Shown here: one piece after another, positions 46,167 through 55,131 of the stretch
How positions within the stretch are numbered: position 1 is the stretch's first letter
How the letters are laid out: every line of letters starts with the position of its first letter
Source of the DNA: a virus
Lineage: Duplodnaviria > Caudoviricetes
Direction: 5' to 3' (one strand)
IMG/VR virus record: IMGVR_UViG_3300010344_001170
Coordinates: 1 to 64,000 of that record
Length of the DNA stretch: 64,000 nt
Translations under genes and position numbers: made by a program
The notes under the pieces: model-generated
What the model was told of the DNA's origin: nothing
The model's database searches: none
The model's input: the letters and a program-made list of their open reading frames with translations, nothing else

Positions 46167-46498
46167 TTATAGAGTAGGTATGTAAGACGCGGGTTCGAAT
46201 CCCGCCACCTCCACAGCGAAACAAGTCGCTAAACGAGTTCCAATTTACTCATTCTTAAATTGGTGGTGGAATCCTGACCATCGTCCAGTTTCTGGACACC
46301 GGTTAGCCCTGGGTTTTCGGAATTGAACCCTTAATCAATTCCAAACGGGGGTGACTTGGCTTTGATTGCATACTGAGGGAAATAATGAACGTCTCAATGA
46401 ACGCAATAAACGGCGAACAGTTTAATGAAATGAAAATGGCTGCTTAAGAAGCACCCACTTTCAGGAGACTTGCCGGCAGCCTTAGTGCCGGCTTTTTT
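46167..46498 (+). ncRNA. ssrA: circularly permuted (two-piece) tmRNA; tag (A)GEQFNEMKMAA
   Basis: T-arm GCGGG-TTCGAAT-CCCGC + CACCTCC-A (46189-46213) precedes GGGGGTG (46347-46353), giving a G3:U70 acceptor stem; TTGCATAC pairs with GTATGTAA; tag frame 46412-46447. Piece ends approximate. Confidence 0.88.
46465..46498 (+). terminator. intrinsic terminator, repeat copy 1
   Basis: GCCGGCA-7nt-TGCCGGC + T6. Confidence 0.8.
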
Positions 46499-46501
46499 AT
46501 T

Positions 46502-47002
46502 ATGAAAAAATTTAATTATTTTTATAAAACTACAAACATCATAAATGAAAAATTTTATTATGGTGTTCATTCTTCTGACAAAGATAACGATAATTATCTA
46601 GGATCAGGAAAATTATTATTAAAGGCTATCAAAAAATATGGCCGTGAAAATTTTAAAAGAGAAATCATCCAATTTTTTGATTCTTTTGACGATGCCTTAA
46701 ATTTTGAAAAACAATTTGTTATCGAAGATATAATAACAAATCCATTATGTTATAATATTAACATTGGAGGTAAAGGAGGGTCAAAAAGAGGAAGACAATC
46801 TCCAATGAAAGGACGAATACATTCTGAAGAAACAAAAACAAAAATTAGTAACTCTGAAAAGGGAAAGTCTAAAAATAAAGGAATAACTCGCTCAATAGAA
46901 ACCCGGCAAAAAATTAGCGAGAATAATGGTATGAAAAACCGAGGTTATCTTGTTTCTGGTTCTCGTAATGGAATGTATAAGAAAAAATACAATATAATTT
47001 AG
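46502..47002 (+). mobile_element. free-standing GIY-YIG homing endonuclease
   Basis: YFYKTTNIINEKFYYG, YLGSG, CYNINIGG, NUMOD3 HSEETKTKIS. Confidence 0.88.
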
Positions 47003-47035
47003 AGACTTGCCCGCAGCCTAAGTGCGGGCTTTTTT
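47002..47035 (+). terminator. intrinsic terminator, repeat copy 2
   Basis: GCCCGCA-7nt-TGCGGGC + T run; 31/34 identical to 46465-46498. Confidence 0.8.
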
Positions 47036-47040
47036 TGTGT

Positions 47041-47054
47041 GATATATAAATAAA
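47041..47054 (+). promoter_or_regulatory. putative late promoter
   Basis: GATATATAAATAAA. Confidence 0.5.
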
Positions 47055-47066
47055 TTAATAGTTTAT

Positions 47067-47273
47067 ATGCGCGCTAAATTTGTCTTTGAAAGCCAACATA
47101 TATTAAATAAGATCGATCTTATCAATGAAATACTTCAACAATTCGATGAAGAAATTCGTGATGAATTGAAAAAGGATTTAATGGCTATGTCCAAAGATGA
47201 ATTTGATGAATGGGTTAAGTACGCAGGGTACAATAAAATGGGAAAATATTGGACAGCATCAACTGTCTATTAA
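47067..47273 (+). CDS. VxES leader protein
   Basis: MRAKFVFES. Confidence 0.75.
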   Translation: MRAKFVFESQHILNKIDLINEILQQFDEEIRDELKKDLMAMSKDEFDEWVKYAGYNKMGKYWTASTVY

Positions 47274-47279
47274 GATTAA

Positions 47280-47295
47280 GATATATAAAATAAAA
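47280..47295 (+). promoter_or_regulatory. putative late promoter
   Basis: GATATATAAAATAAAA. Confidence 0.5.
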
Positions 47296-47305
47296 TATTA
47301 GCATT

Positions 47306-47854
47306 ATGAAAGCCGGAAGTTTTAATATTCATGAATATTTAGGAAAACTTTATGATAAAGTAAATGAAGAAGATTTAACTAAGTCTTTATCATTAAACGA
47401 AGAAGAAAAGGCGGGAAATTTACCTGATGATAATGGTATGATTATACCTGAAGAAGGTAAAAAGGCTTATGACTGGCTTAAGAAAGAATACCATAAAGGT
47501 AAGACAGAAGTAAAAGTAGAAATGTCATATCATGAATTCAAACCTGGCTACCATCTTGATACTAATTTGAAATCTGTAAATGATTTTAAACCTGGTTTAT
47601 ATGGTGACATTAAGACCAAAGACACAGAAGGTGGAAAGAGAGAAAAAGCTGTGCCATTTCCTGAAACAAAATTCCCTGGGGGCGAAACTAAAGCACCTGA
47701 AGAAGGTAAAAAAGAAAACGAATCTTCTGAAAAGAAATCAACGGGGATAACTGTTGAAGCTAAACCAAAAGTAGAAGCTAAAGCTAAGAAAGAAGATCAA
47801 GAAATTGGAAAAGAAGTAAAAGAAGATACCAAGGATAAAGTTGTTAAAAAATAA
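47306..47854 (+). CDS. hypothetical late protein, K/E-rich tail
   Basis: Late motif upstream; KVNEE and LNEE sites. Confidence 0.78.
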   Translation: MKAGSFNIHEYLGKLYDKVNEEDLTKSLSLNEEEKAGNLPDDNGMIIPEEGKKAYDWLKKEYHKGKTEVKVEMSYHEFKPGYHLDTNLKSVNDFKPGLYGDIKTKDTEGGKREKAVPFPETKFPGGETKAPEEGKKENESSEKKSTGITVEAKPKVEAKAKKEDQEIGKEVKEDTKDKVVKK

Positions 47855-48249
47855 TGTTAGTTAGAGAAACAGTATATCCTATTATAGGTCATTTCAATAA
47901 AGCTACAGTAAAGGGACGAGCTAGAGAGTTACCAACAGTATTTCAAACATTAGCTCGAAGATTTAAAAACATTCCTGGCACTGATAGCTTTTATGTTGAT
48001 GATATAGAAGAAATGGTTAAAGTTCTTCGAAGACATGATGACAAATGGGCAGGAAGACATGCAGTACCTTATGTAACCCCAGGATTTGTCCCCTATTTTA
48101 AAAAGAAATCATATATCGAAGAAGATGGTAAAAAACTTTGGACTAACAATCCATATAAATTATCACCAGAAGGATTTGACCAATATCACATAAGCGTACA
48201 TATGGTTCTTGATAAAGAAGACGATTTTATAGGTTGGATTTGTAATTAG
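47854..48249 (+). CDS. VxE leader hypothetical protein
   Basis: MLVRET. Confidence 0.72.
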   Translation: MLVRETVYPIIGHFNKATVKGRARELPTVFQTLARRFKNIPGTDSFYVDDIEEMVKVLRRHDDKWAGRHAVPYVTPGFVPYFKKKSYIEEDGKKLWTNNPYKLSPEGFDQYHISVHMVLDKEDDFIGWICN

Positions 48250-48253
48250 ATTT

Positions 48254-48592
48254 ATGATAAACAATGATTCATTAGGAGACAGATTGAATGCGGTGAAAAG
48301 AGGTAAACCGCTGCCTCCTCCACCACAACAGCAAACGTTTGTGCCTCCTCAATCAATGCCGACACAGCAATCTCAATCTCAACAACCTACTCAACACACT
48401 GTTAAATTTTATTTTCTATCTAAACTTTTCGTTGTATTGGATTCAGCCTTTGCATCATTATTATATGGAATTGCAATTAAAGCTATATTTAATTTAGATT
48501 GGTCATTAATTGAAGCTTTCGCAGTAGGGTTTCTTCTAAATCATGCCATATCAATATTTCCAAGAGTTTTATTTCCAAAATTATTTAAATAA
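48254..48592 (+). CDS. P/Q-rich two-TM protein
   Basis: PPPPQQQ low-complexity segment followed by two TMs. Confidence 0.72.
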   Translation: MINNDSLGDRLNAVKRGKPLPPPPQQQTFVPPQSMPTQQSQSQQPTQHTVKFYFLSKLFVVLDSAFASLLYGIAIKAIFNLDWSLIEAFAVGFLLNHAISIFPRVLFPKLFK

Positions 48593-48594
48593 AC

Positions 48595-48623
48595 AAAACT
48601 TTTTACTCATTGACTTATAGAAT
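48595..48623 (+). promoter_or_regulatory. putative middle promoter
   Basis: AAAACT-15nt-TATAGAAT upstream of tmk. Confidence 0.55.
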
Positions 48624-48647
48624 AGATAATTATCTAAAACTATATTT

Positions 48648-49373
48648 ATGTCAAGAGGTAAACTAATCGTTCTCGAAGGAATTGATGGTTCGGGAAAATC
48701 TACTCAAACTGATAAAGCTAAACAATATTTTGAAGAAAAAAATCTGAAATATGCCTATTATCATTTTCCAATGTATGGGCACAATCAGTTTTCTGATGTG
48801 ATCGCAAGATTTTTAAGAGGAGAATTCGGAAAAGCAAACGAAGTTGATCCTCTTTTTGTTGCTAATATCTATGCAATGGATCGATTCAGGTTTTTACCTG
48901 AATTAGAAAAGGCATTAGAAGAAAATGATGTAGTTCTTTTGGATCGATATGTGTACTCGAATATCGCGTATCAGTGTGCAAAATTTGATAATGAAGAAGA
49001 TATTACTCGAATGAAAGAATGGATTTTTGAATTCGAATTTCAATTTTTAAGTCTTCCATATCCTGATTTAAACATTTTCTTTGATGTTCCTAATGCTGTG
49101 GCCGAAGAAAGATTAAAAGTAAAAAGAGAGGGAGACGATCGCAATTACTTACAAGGAAAAACTGATATTCATGAAGAAGATCTTGAATTGCAAAAGAAAG
49201 TACGAAATAATTATCTAAAATTCATGAGTGGTTCTGTTAATTGTTTAGTAATTAAATGTGCTCATGAATTTGGAGATGAAAAGAACCTTAACTATATGGT
49301 TTTACCTCCTGATGAGTTATTTAACTCATACAAAAGATATTTTGATTATGTGCTTTTTAATAAATCATTATAA
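48648..49373 (+). CDS. tmk: thymidylate kinase
   Basis: LEGIDGSGKSTQ, LLDRYVYSNIAYQ, PDLNIFFDV. Confidence 0.93.
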   Translation: MSRGKLIVLEGIDGSGKSTQTDKAKQYFEEKNLKYAYYHFPMYGHNQFSDVIARFLRGEFGKANEVDPLFVANIYAMDRFRFLPELEKALEENDVVLLDRYVYSNIAYQCAKFDNEEDITRMKEWIFEFEFQFLSLPYPDLNIFFDVPNAVAEERLKVKREGDDRNYLQGKTDIHEEDLELQKKVRNNYLKFMSGSVNCLVIKCAHEFGDEKNLNYMVLPPDELFNSYKRYFDYVLFNKSL

Positions 49374-49615
49374 TGAAAGACGATAACATAGAGAATTTTA
49401 AAAATTATAAAAAATTACATAAGCTTACAAAACCAAGGTCACCTTTGGTCATAGAATTTATGACAGATGATTTTCCTAGCGAGTGGCTAACAACGATCAT
49501 TACTTACAAAGCAAAAACAGGTTCTGTTACAAACCACGTTCTTATCCTACAAAATGAAATTGAACATCGTATTGAGATGCTTCAAAAGGAAGGTTACATT
49601 TTAACAGAGACTTAA
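49373..49615 (+). CDS. hypothetical protein
   Basis: ORF in operon. Confidence 0.65.
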   Translation: MKDDNIENFKNYKKLHKLTKPRSPLVIEFMTDDFPSEWLTTIITYKAKTGSVTNHVLILQNEIEHRIEMLQKEGYILTET

Positions 49616-49730
49616 CTTTTTTAAAAAATATTAACAGCAGTACGGATGTTAAATTAGCATATCCCGGGAAAATTCTTGAAAGTCAAGATATATATAAATA
49701 AACTAATTGTAAAATCTAAAATTAAATTTT

Positions 49731-50018
49731 ATGGCAGAAGCACAGAAACCTCAGGTTGACGCAACTCAGCAAGTCGAAACCAAACCATATGTTCCAACAT
49801 ATAGAGTCAAGCCTGAATTTAAGGATGCCGTTTTAAAATCGATCGGACAACATCCTTTCAACCAGATCGCTGGAATTATCAATGCAATTAATGTTGAGGT
49901 CATGGACCATAATACATTAACTCAGGTTATTAACGTTCTTGGAAATTTCCCATACGTTCAAGTAGCAGGAATCCTTACTAACGTTAACTCTTACGTAGAA
50001 CAAATAGTTGAGGATTAA
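49731..50018 (+). CDS. hypothetical protein with internal repeat
   Basis: GQHPFNQIAGII / GNFPYVQVAGIL; late motif GATATATATAAATAAA at 49687. Confidence 0.75.
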   Translation: MAEAQKPQVDATQQVETKPYVPTYRVKPEFKDAVLKSIGQHPFNQIAGIINAINVEVMDHNTLTQVINVLGNFPYVQVAGILTNVNSYVEQIVED

Positions 50019-50077
50019 TTTCTCAACTATTTAGTTCTATTATGTGATTTCTATTTTTTGGAAAATAATATTGGTGT

Positions 50078-50713
50078 ATGCATAGAAAAGAAAAAGAGAA
50101 GTCGATTCAAGTATTAGCAGTTAATTTCTTAGAGGATAAAAATCAATATGCCTTTAAGGAACTAATTGAACGTCTAAAACCAGGATTGTCTTTGTTTGTT
50201 GGTAAATATGTTAATGGAGATAAAGATTTATGTCAAGAAATTGTCTCTGCTACATTTGTTAGCATTTGGGAAAAAATAAACCAGTATGATACTAAATGGA
50301 GTTTTTCTACATGGGTTTATGCAATTGCAAAGAATGAAGCACTTGGACAATTACGCCTTAACAGAAGAAATCTTTCACACGAACAATTATCAGAAAACCA
50401 GTCAAAAGTTTTAAAACTTTATTCAAATCCTTTTTATATGGATCTTGAATGTATCGGACCTACAGGTGAAGAATTAACACAGCATCTTTACGAATTAACT
50501 CTTAAAGAGATTGATTTATTAGAAGAACCTTATAAAACAGTAATGTTTGAAAGGGAAGTAAACAAAAAACAGTTACAGGATATAGCTGATAGTTTAAATT
50601 GGAATTTAAACACAGTTAAAACAAGACTAAGAAAAGCACGACAAGATGTAGCTGATAGTCTTACTAAAAAATATCCTGAACTTATTGAAGCTTATCACGA
50701 AGAAAATGAGTAA
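50078..50713 (+). CDS. ECF-type sigma-70 factor
   Basis: Region 2 QEIVSATFVSIWEKINQYD..FSTWVYAIAKN; region 4 LQDIADSLNWNLNTVKTRLRKAR. Confidence 0.9.
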   Translation: MHRKEKEKSIQVLAVNFLEDKNQYAFKELIERLKPGLSLFVGKYVNGDKDLCQEIVSATFVSIWEKINQYDTKWSFSTWVYAIAKNEALGQLRLNRRNLSHEQLSENQSKVLKLYSNPFYMDLECIGPTGEELTQHLYELTLKEIDLLEEPYKTVMFEREVNKKQLQDIADSLNWNLNTVKTRLRKARQDVADSLTKKYPELIEAYHEENE

Positions 50714-51197
50714 AATACATCCGTTCAATCCAAAAAAATGGGCGGTTTGGATGGTCATAAAAGACTTCCAAAATTATGCCGCATGGATCAAAGTTATAGA
50801 TAGAGAAAAGGATGATCCTCAATCTACTTATAATAAGTATGACATGCGACATAACTTTTTTTATACAGTTTATTTTCCTATAAGATTACCAGAGGAAGAT
50901 AGAGCATTGCCTGACAGTATCAAACGATTAAGAGTAGTTGAAACTCTTGGGCCTATTCATCGTTATATTGATGAGGATTTACAATTTGCGGAATACATTG
51001 TTCCAGAATTCAATCAATTCTATGATGAAAATAATGAGCCAACTTTAGCTTATGGTATTGTCTACAGATTCGCATTTAAAAGACTATCATTAAAATGGGT
51101 AGTTTCAAGAACAGTTATTATAGGATTATTGACATGGGCATTAATAAAATTTCCTATAATTAGTACAGTAGCAGAATGGATTAAAAATGTTTTTTAA
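50706..51197 (+). CDS. hypothetical protein with C-terminal TM
   Basis: ATG at 50706 overlaps the sigma gene stop region. Confidence 0.75.
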   Translation: MSKIHPFNPKKWAVWMVIKDFQNYAAWIKVIDREKDDPQSTYNKYDMRHNFFYTVYFPIRLPEEDRALPDSIKRLRVVETLGPIHRYIDEDLQFAEYIVPEFNQFYDENNEPTLAYGIVYRFAFKRLSLKWVVSRTVIIGLLTWALIKFPIISTVAEWIKNVF

Positions 51198-51723
51198 CGC
51201 CCAATCCTATTTTAATTTTTGTTTCCTCAGAAAGTTTTTTACCTTTATGTGAGTTACTAATTTTGTCTCTTGTTTCTTTTGAAACTATATGTCCGTTTAA
51301 AGAATTTTTTAATTTTTTCTTTGTCTTATTAGAAAGTTTTCTTCCTATTCGGCTAATTGTCATATTTTTTATATGTTCTTCAGATAATGAGCGTCCAGAT
51401 AATGTACGACTAATTTTTTTCTTTGTTTCATCAGAAATACCATTTGATATTTGATGACCACCTTTTGGACTAATATTATATCCGTTTGGTTCTAATGTAT
51501 CAAATTCTTTAATATATCTTTCTTGAGCATTAAAAGCTTCTTGTTTTGTATTAAACTCTTCAAGAACTTGTTTACAAAAATTTTTTGAACCATATTTTTT
51601 AATAGCATTATTTATAGCTAATCCACTCCCTAAATAATTATCATTTAAATTAGTTGTTGAATGGTCTCCTATATATCGTTTACCATTAATTAGATTAGTT
51701 GTCATATAAACAATATGATACAT
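51181..51723 (-). mobile_element. free-standing GIY-YIG homing endonuclease (antisense insertion)
   Basis: IVYMTTNLINGKRYIGDHST, YLGSG, NGYNISPKGG, NUMOD3 repeats; close paralogue of 27425. Confidence 0.88.
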
Positions 51724-51776
51724 AAAACTTTTTATTAATTTATTATATAAATATATATTACAAAATTTAGAGACCC

Positions 51777-52571
51777 TTGAGCCAATTAACTATAAACAAT
51801 TTTAACCCAAAGAAAATAAAGTGGTTAAAGGATTATTATGGAAACCCGGCGGCCTATTATCCGCTCAAAGTACCAGGAGTCACAACTGTTTTAGGTGATA
51901 TGATTGTTGATCCTGAGTATTTAAAGTTTATTGAAGAAGTAGGAGAAGAAAAAGCAAAGCAAATAACGGAAGCCGCTTGGCATCGTGGAACAGCGATGCA
52001 TTCATTCATTGAAAATTTTGTAAAAGAATTAGCGAAGAGTAAAGATCCCTCTATGGCTCTTCAACACACTCAACAGGTTTCACCAATGTTGTTGGAACAG
52101 GAAGGTGTGCCGATGGAGAAAATAGATAAAGGACGAGAATTATTTTTGAATTTCTATTATTCGGACTATGCCAACTCATATACTGATCTTATAGGAACCG
52201 AACTCGTCCTTTATTCTCCATCTTTATTTTATCGTGGCAAAACAGATGTTTTCTTCAATGAAAATGGTATTGGCCGCGTAATCACCGATTTTAAAACTAC
52301 TAGTAAATTTATTGTCAAAGGATCTGTTAAAGAACAGATTTATAAACATCAGCTTGGCGCTTATGCCATTGCTGCTGAAGAAATGTTTGCTGAAAAACAA
52401 GTTAAAATTGCAAAGGCATCTATTTTAGCAGTTCATACAAAATCCACATTAATACAAGAAATTGTATGTCAAGGAGATGAACTTGAAGAGCATAAAGAAG
52501 CATTTAAAACTATTGTTAAAGCTTGGCATATAAAAAATAACCAAGGTTTTTTATTTGATGAGAGGGCTTGA
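51777..52571 (+). CDS. PD-(D/E)XK exonuclease
   Basis: PGVTTVL, RGTAMH, E..L, RGKTD, DFKT, QLGAYA. Confidence 0.88.
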   Translation: MSQLTINNFNPKKIKWLKDYYGNPAAYYPLKVPGVTTVLGDMIVDPEYLKFIEEVGEEKAKQITEAAWHRGTAMHSFIENFVKELAKSKDPSMALQHTQQVSPMLLEQEGVPMEKIDKGRELFLNFYYSDYANSYTDLIGTELVLYSPSLFYRGKTDVFFNENGIGRVITDFKTTSKFIVKGSVKEQIYKHQLGAYAIAAEEMFAEKQVKIAKASILAVHTKSTLIQEIVCQGDELEEHKEAFKTIVKAWHIKNNQGFLFDERA

Positions 52572-52962
52572 TGAAGCATTAAAAGGGTATAATGTACAGT
52601 ATATTGATCAACCAGTTTTCATGACATTTTGTATTAAGAAAAATCAATTGATCAGCAAGCCACAATCAGTTTGTGTTTATCCGATAGAAAACTTTATAAG
52701 ATTATTAAAATCGCACAAAGGAATACGACAAATTTACATTTATAAAGATCCATCGACAAATCAACCCTTTTGGAGAACTTCTCTTGTTACAGATGGTCAA
52801 GAAGAAGTTTTAATAGTCAGAGGATTGATTGAAACTGGTAACAATAGATATTCCTTAAAAGAAAGAGGAAGATCAAAAGAAACAGAAACACATCATTATT
52901 ATGCACAGAATGCAACTATAGATAGCAATTTAGATTTTAATTATAATTCAAATAATACGTAA
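52555..52962 (+). CDS. hypothetical protein
   Basis: ORF in operon. Confidence 0.7.
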   Translation: MMRGLDEALKGYNVQYIDQPVFMTFCIKKNQLISKPQSVCVYPIENFIRLLKSHKGIRQIYIYKDPSTNQPFWRTSLVTDGQEEVLIVRGLIETGNNRYSLKERGRSKETETHHYYAQNATIDSNLDFNYNSNNT

Positions 52963-52965
52963 AAA

Positions 52966-53592
52966 ATGGCAGAACTAGAAATTAACAACACTCAGGAACT
53001 TACTGAGAAACTTAATGAAATTGTTGGCGACCCATCAATAAATAAACCTTCTGAAGAAGAGGTTGCTCAAGCAAAACTTGATTATGAAAATGCAGCTAAA
53101 GAATGGAAAGAAACTATTTATAAAATAGGAACTCCAGAAGAAGGACAAGAAATATGTGATTATTTAAAGCATTTCATAATGCACAGATGTATGTGGAAAG
53201 AAAATGCATGGATGGGGGTTATTAAATTAGCTGAAGAAATTGATGCAGCTAATACTTTATTTAAAGGGAAAAAAGGCAAAGGTTTAGAGCTTGGGTATCA
53301 AGCTGCTGAATTTACATTCTATATTCTATCAAATCCTGGTGGAATTGGTCTTCAGTCAGCATTAGATTTTGAATCAGAACATGAGATTTATTTCAAATGT
53401 TTTAATCTTTTTGGACAAACAGTTCAAGATGCAAGAGATAATTTAAAAAATGTTGAGTTTTTACAACAGAGATGGGGTGCAATGGCACAAGGATTCTATC
53501 TTGAAATGGAGCCTGAACAAGAACCTGAGATTAATGAAGAGTCTGTAGGCGAAGTATTCGATCCAGGCGTGGATGATGTCCCAAAAGAATAA
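52966..53592 (+). CDS. hypothetical protein
   Basis: ORF in operon, acidic tail. Confidence 0.8.
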   Translation: MAELEINNTQELTEKLNEIVGDPSINKPSEEEVAQAKLDYENAAKEWKETIYKIGTPEEGQEICDYLKHFIMHRCMWKENAWMGVIKLAEEIDAANTLFKGKKGKGLELGYQAAEFTFYILSNPGGIGLQSALDFESEHEIYFKCFNLFGQTVQDARDNLKNVEFLQQRWGAMAQGFYLEMEPEQEPEINEESVGEVFDPGVDDVPKE

Positions 53593-53612
53593 TATATAGT
53601 TTAAAAAGCATA

Positions 53613-53966
53613 ATGGAAAAGTGGTTTAATAAAAATCTTAAATGGATTGCATTAATACTTTTAGTATTATTTGTATTTAAATCCGCACAAAGTTGTAGTC
53701 GTAATATGAAATTGAATATTACTGACAAACAATACATACACACTATAGATTCGTTAAATACAAAATTTAACACTTACTATGAATTATCACAGGATAGTAT
53801 TAAGAAATTAAATTTTGAATTGAAATTGGCTAATGACAGAGCTGCTTCTTCTGAAGATAAAGCAAGGGCAGTTCAAAGTGCTGTAGAAAAAATTAGAGCC
53901 AATACAACGACGACTGTAGTAGTTAAAGGGGCAGAAGAAGTAAAAGACACTAATAACAAAAAATAA
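53613..53966 (+). CDS. TM/lipoprotein-like coiled-coil protein
   Basis: Hydrophobic helix, then SAQSC and a coiled coil. Confidence 0.72.
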   Translation: MEKWFNKNLKWIALILLVLFVFKSAQSCSRNMKLNITDKQYIHTIDSLNTKFNTYYELSQDSIKKLNFELKLANDRAASSEDKARAVQSAVEKIRANTTTTVVVKGAEEVKDTNNKK

Positions 53967-54235
53967 TGAAACCATTTAACGAAGAATTGGCAAGTACATT
54001 TTTCACTGTTTTGAAAGAATTTTTAAATTCATCAGACAGAGAAATGGAGCCATATGTTAGAGAGAAAATACAGGAGTTTGTAAAAGAAGAACATACTCCT
54101 GGAGAAATTTATGATTTTTGTGATGAAATTTCTAAACTTCCATGTCAACGAATTTCGGAAAAGATATGTGTCGGTGATATTAGTGCTTTTATGCAGTCTG
54201 TATTCGACGTAACAAAATATTATGAAAAAGTATGA
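53966..54235 (+). CDS. hypothetical protein
   Basis: ORF in operon. Confidence 0.7.
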   Translation: MKPFNEELASTFFTVLKEFLNSSDREMEPYVREKIQEFVKEEHTPGEIYDFCDEISKLPCQRISEKICVGDISAFMQSVFDVTKYYEKV

Positions 54236-55131
54236 AATTAGGAAATTTAAAAATTACGAATAAAGGACTTTATTGGGGGTTAATCATAACCTTTGCCTTT
54301 TTGTATTTGTTTGTAGGATTTGTATCGACCTTACATTCAATTACATTCTTTAATTTGGCAAACACAATGAGTCTTGCAATACTTCTTGGTATAACATATG
54401 AAATTGGCCAAGCATCAGTATTGTTTTCGATATTAATGACCAAAAACAAAGATAAATTTCTTCCTTGGGCTTTAATGTTTCTATTAACGGCATTGCAGGT
54501 TACGGCAAACGTTTACGCTTCGTTTAAATATATGGCCACATCTGGAAGCAATGATTGGATGTATTGGCAGAAATCTATTCTTATAGGGGTGCAGGCTGAG
54601 AATGCGGAAATGTATCAAGTAATTATATCTTGGATTGCAGGCGCGTTACTTCCTATTGTTGCTCTTGGTATGACAGCTTTAGTGGCACAAAATATTAAAT
54701 TGATGACTGAGGATTCTCCTGTACAGTCTACAGAAACAGGAGAAATAAATTCAGAAAGAATGGAAGCCATTATCGAAAATGAAGTTGAAAAAAGAATCAG
54801 AGAAAGAGATCAATTAGATGAAGAAGCTGCATCATTATCTCCTCCTGTTGAAGATTTAAAACAACAATATGATAAATACGATAAAGCAAATGATATTCCT
54901 GTTAAACTCGAAACACAATCAGGTGTGATACAAGAGCCTATTTCAATTCCTCTTCAAAAAGAACCAGAACCAGAACCGGAACCAGAAGTTGTTCAAGTTA
55001 TTAAGCCAGTCAATAAAGTTCAAGGATGGCATTTCCTAAAAGAATTTGTGGATGACGATCATAATGTTTTTCAGAAGGGAAAATTTATAGGAAACGATCC
55101 AACTAAAATTCCAACCTCAAAAAAAGCATAG
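54232..55131 (+). CDS. four-TM membrane protein with acidic P/E-rich tail (short form)
   Basis: Four hydrophobic helices, EPEPEPEP repeat. Confidence 0.85.
   Translation: MKLGNLKITNKGLYWGLIITFAFLYLFVGFVSTLHSITFFNLANTMSLAILLGITYEIGQASVLFSILMTKNKDKFLPWALMFLLTALQVTANVYASFKYMATSGSNDWMYWQKSILIGVQAENAEMYQVIISWIAGALLPIVALGMTALVAQNIKLMTEDSPVQSTETGEINSERMEAIIENEVEKRIRERDQLDEEAASLSPPVEDLKQQYDKYDKANDIPVKLETQSGVIQEPISIPLQKEPEPEPEPEVVQVIKPVNKVQGWHFLKEFVDDDHNVFQKGKFIGNDPTKIPTSKKA

Noticed and set aside
46186-46216. tRNA gene suggested by the GGTTCGAATCC T-arm
   Set aside because: No D-arm or anticodon arm upstream; it pairs instead with the downstream GGGGGTG and tag ORF, i.e. it is the tmRNA acceptor piece.
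51777-52571. Cas4
   Set aside because: PD-(D/E)XK motifs are present but the four-Cys Fe-S cluster and any CRISPR context are absent.
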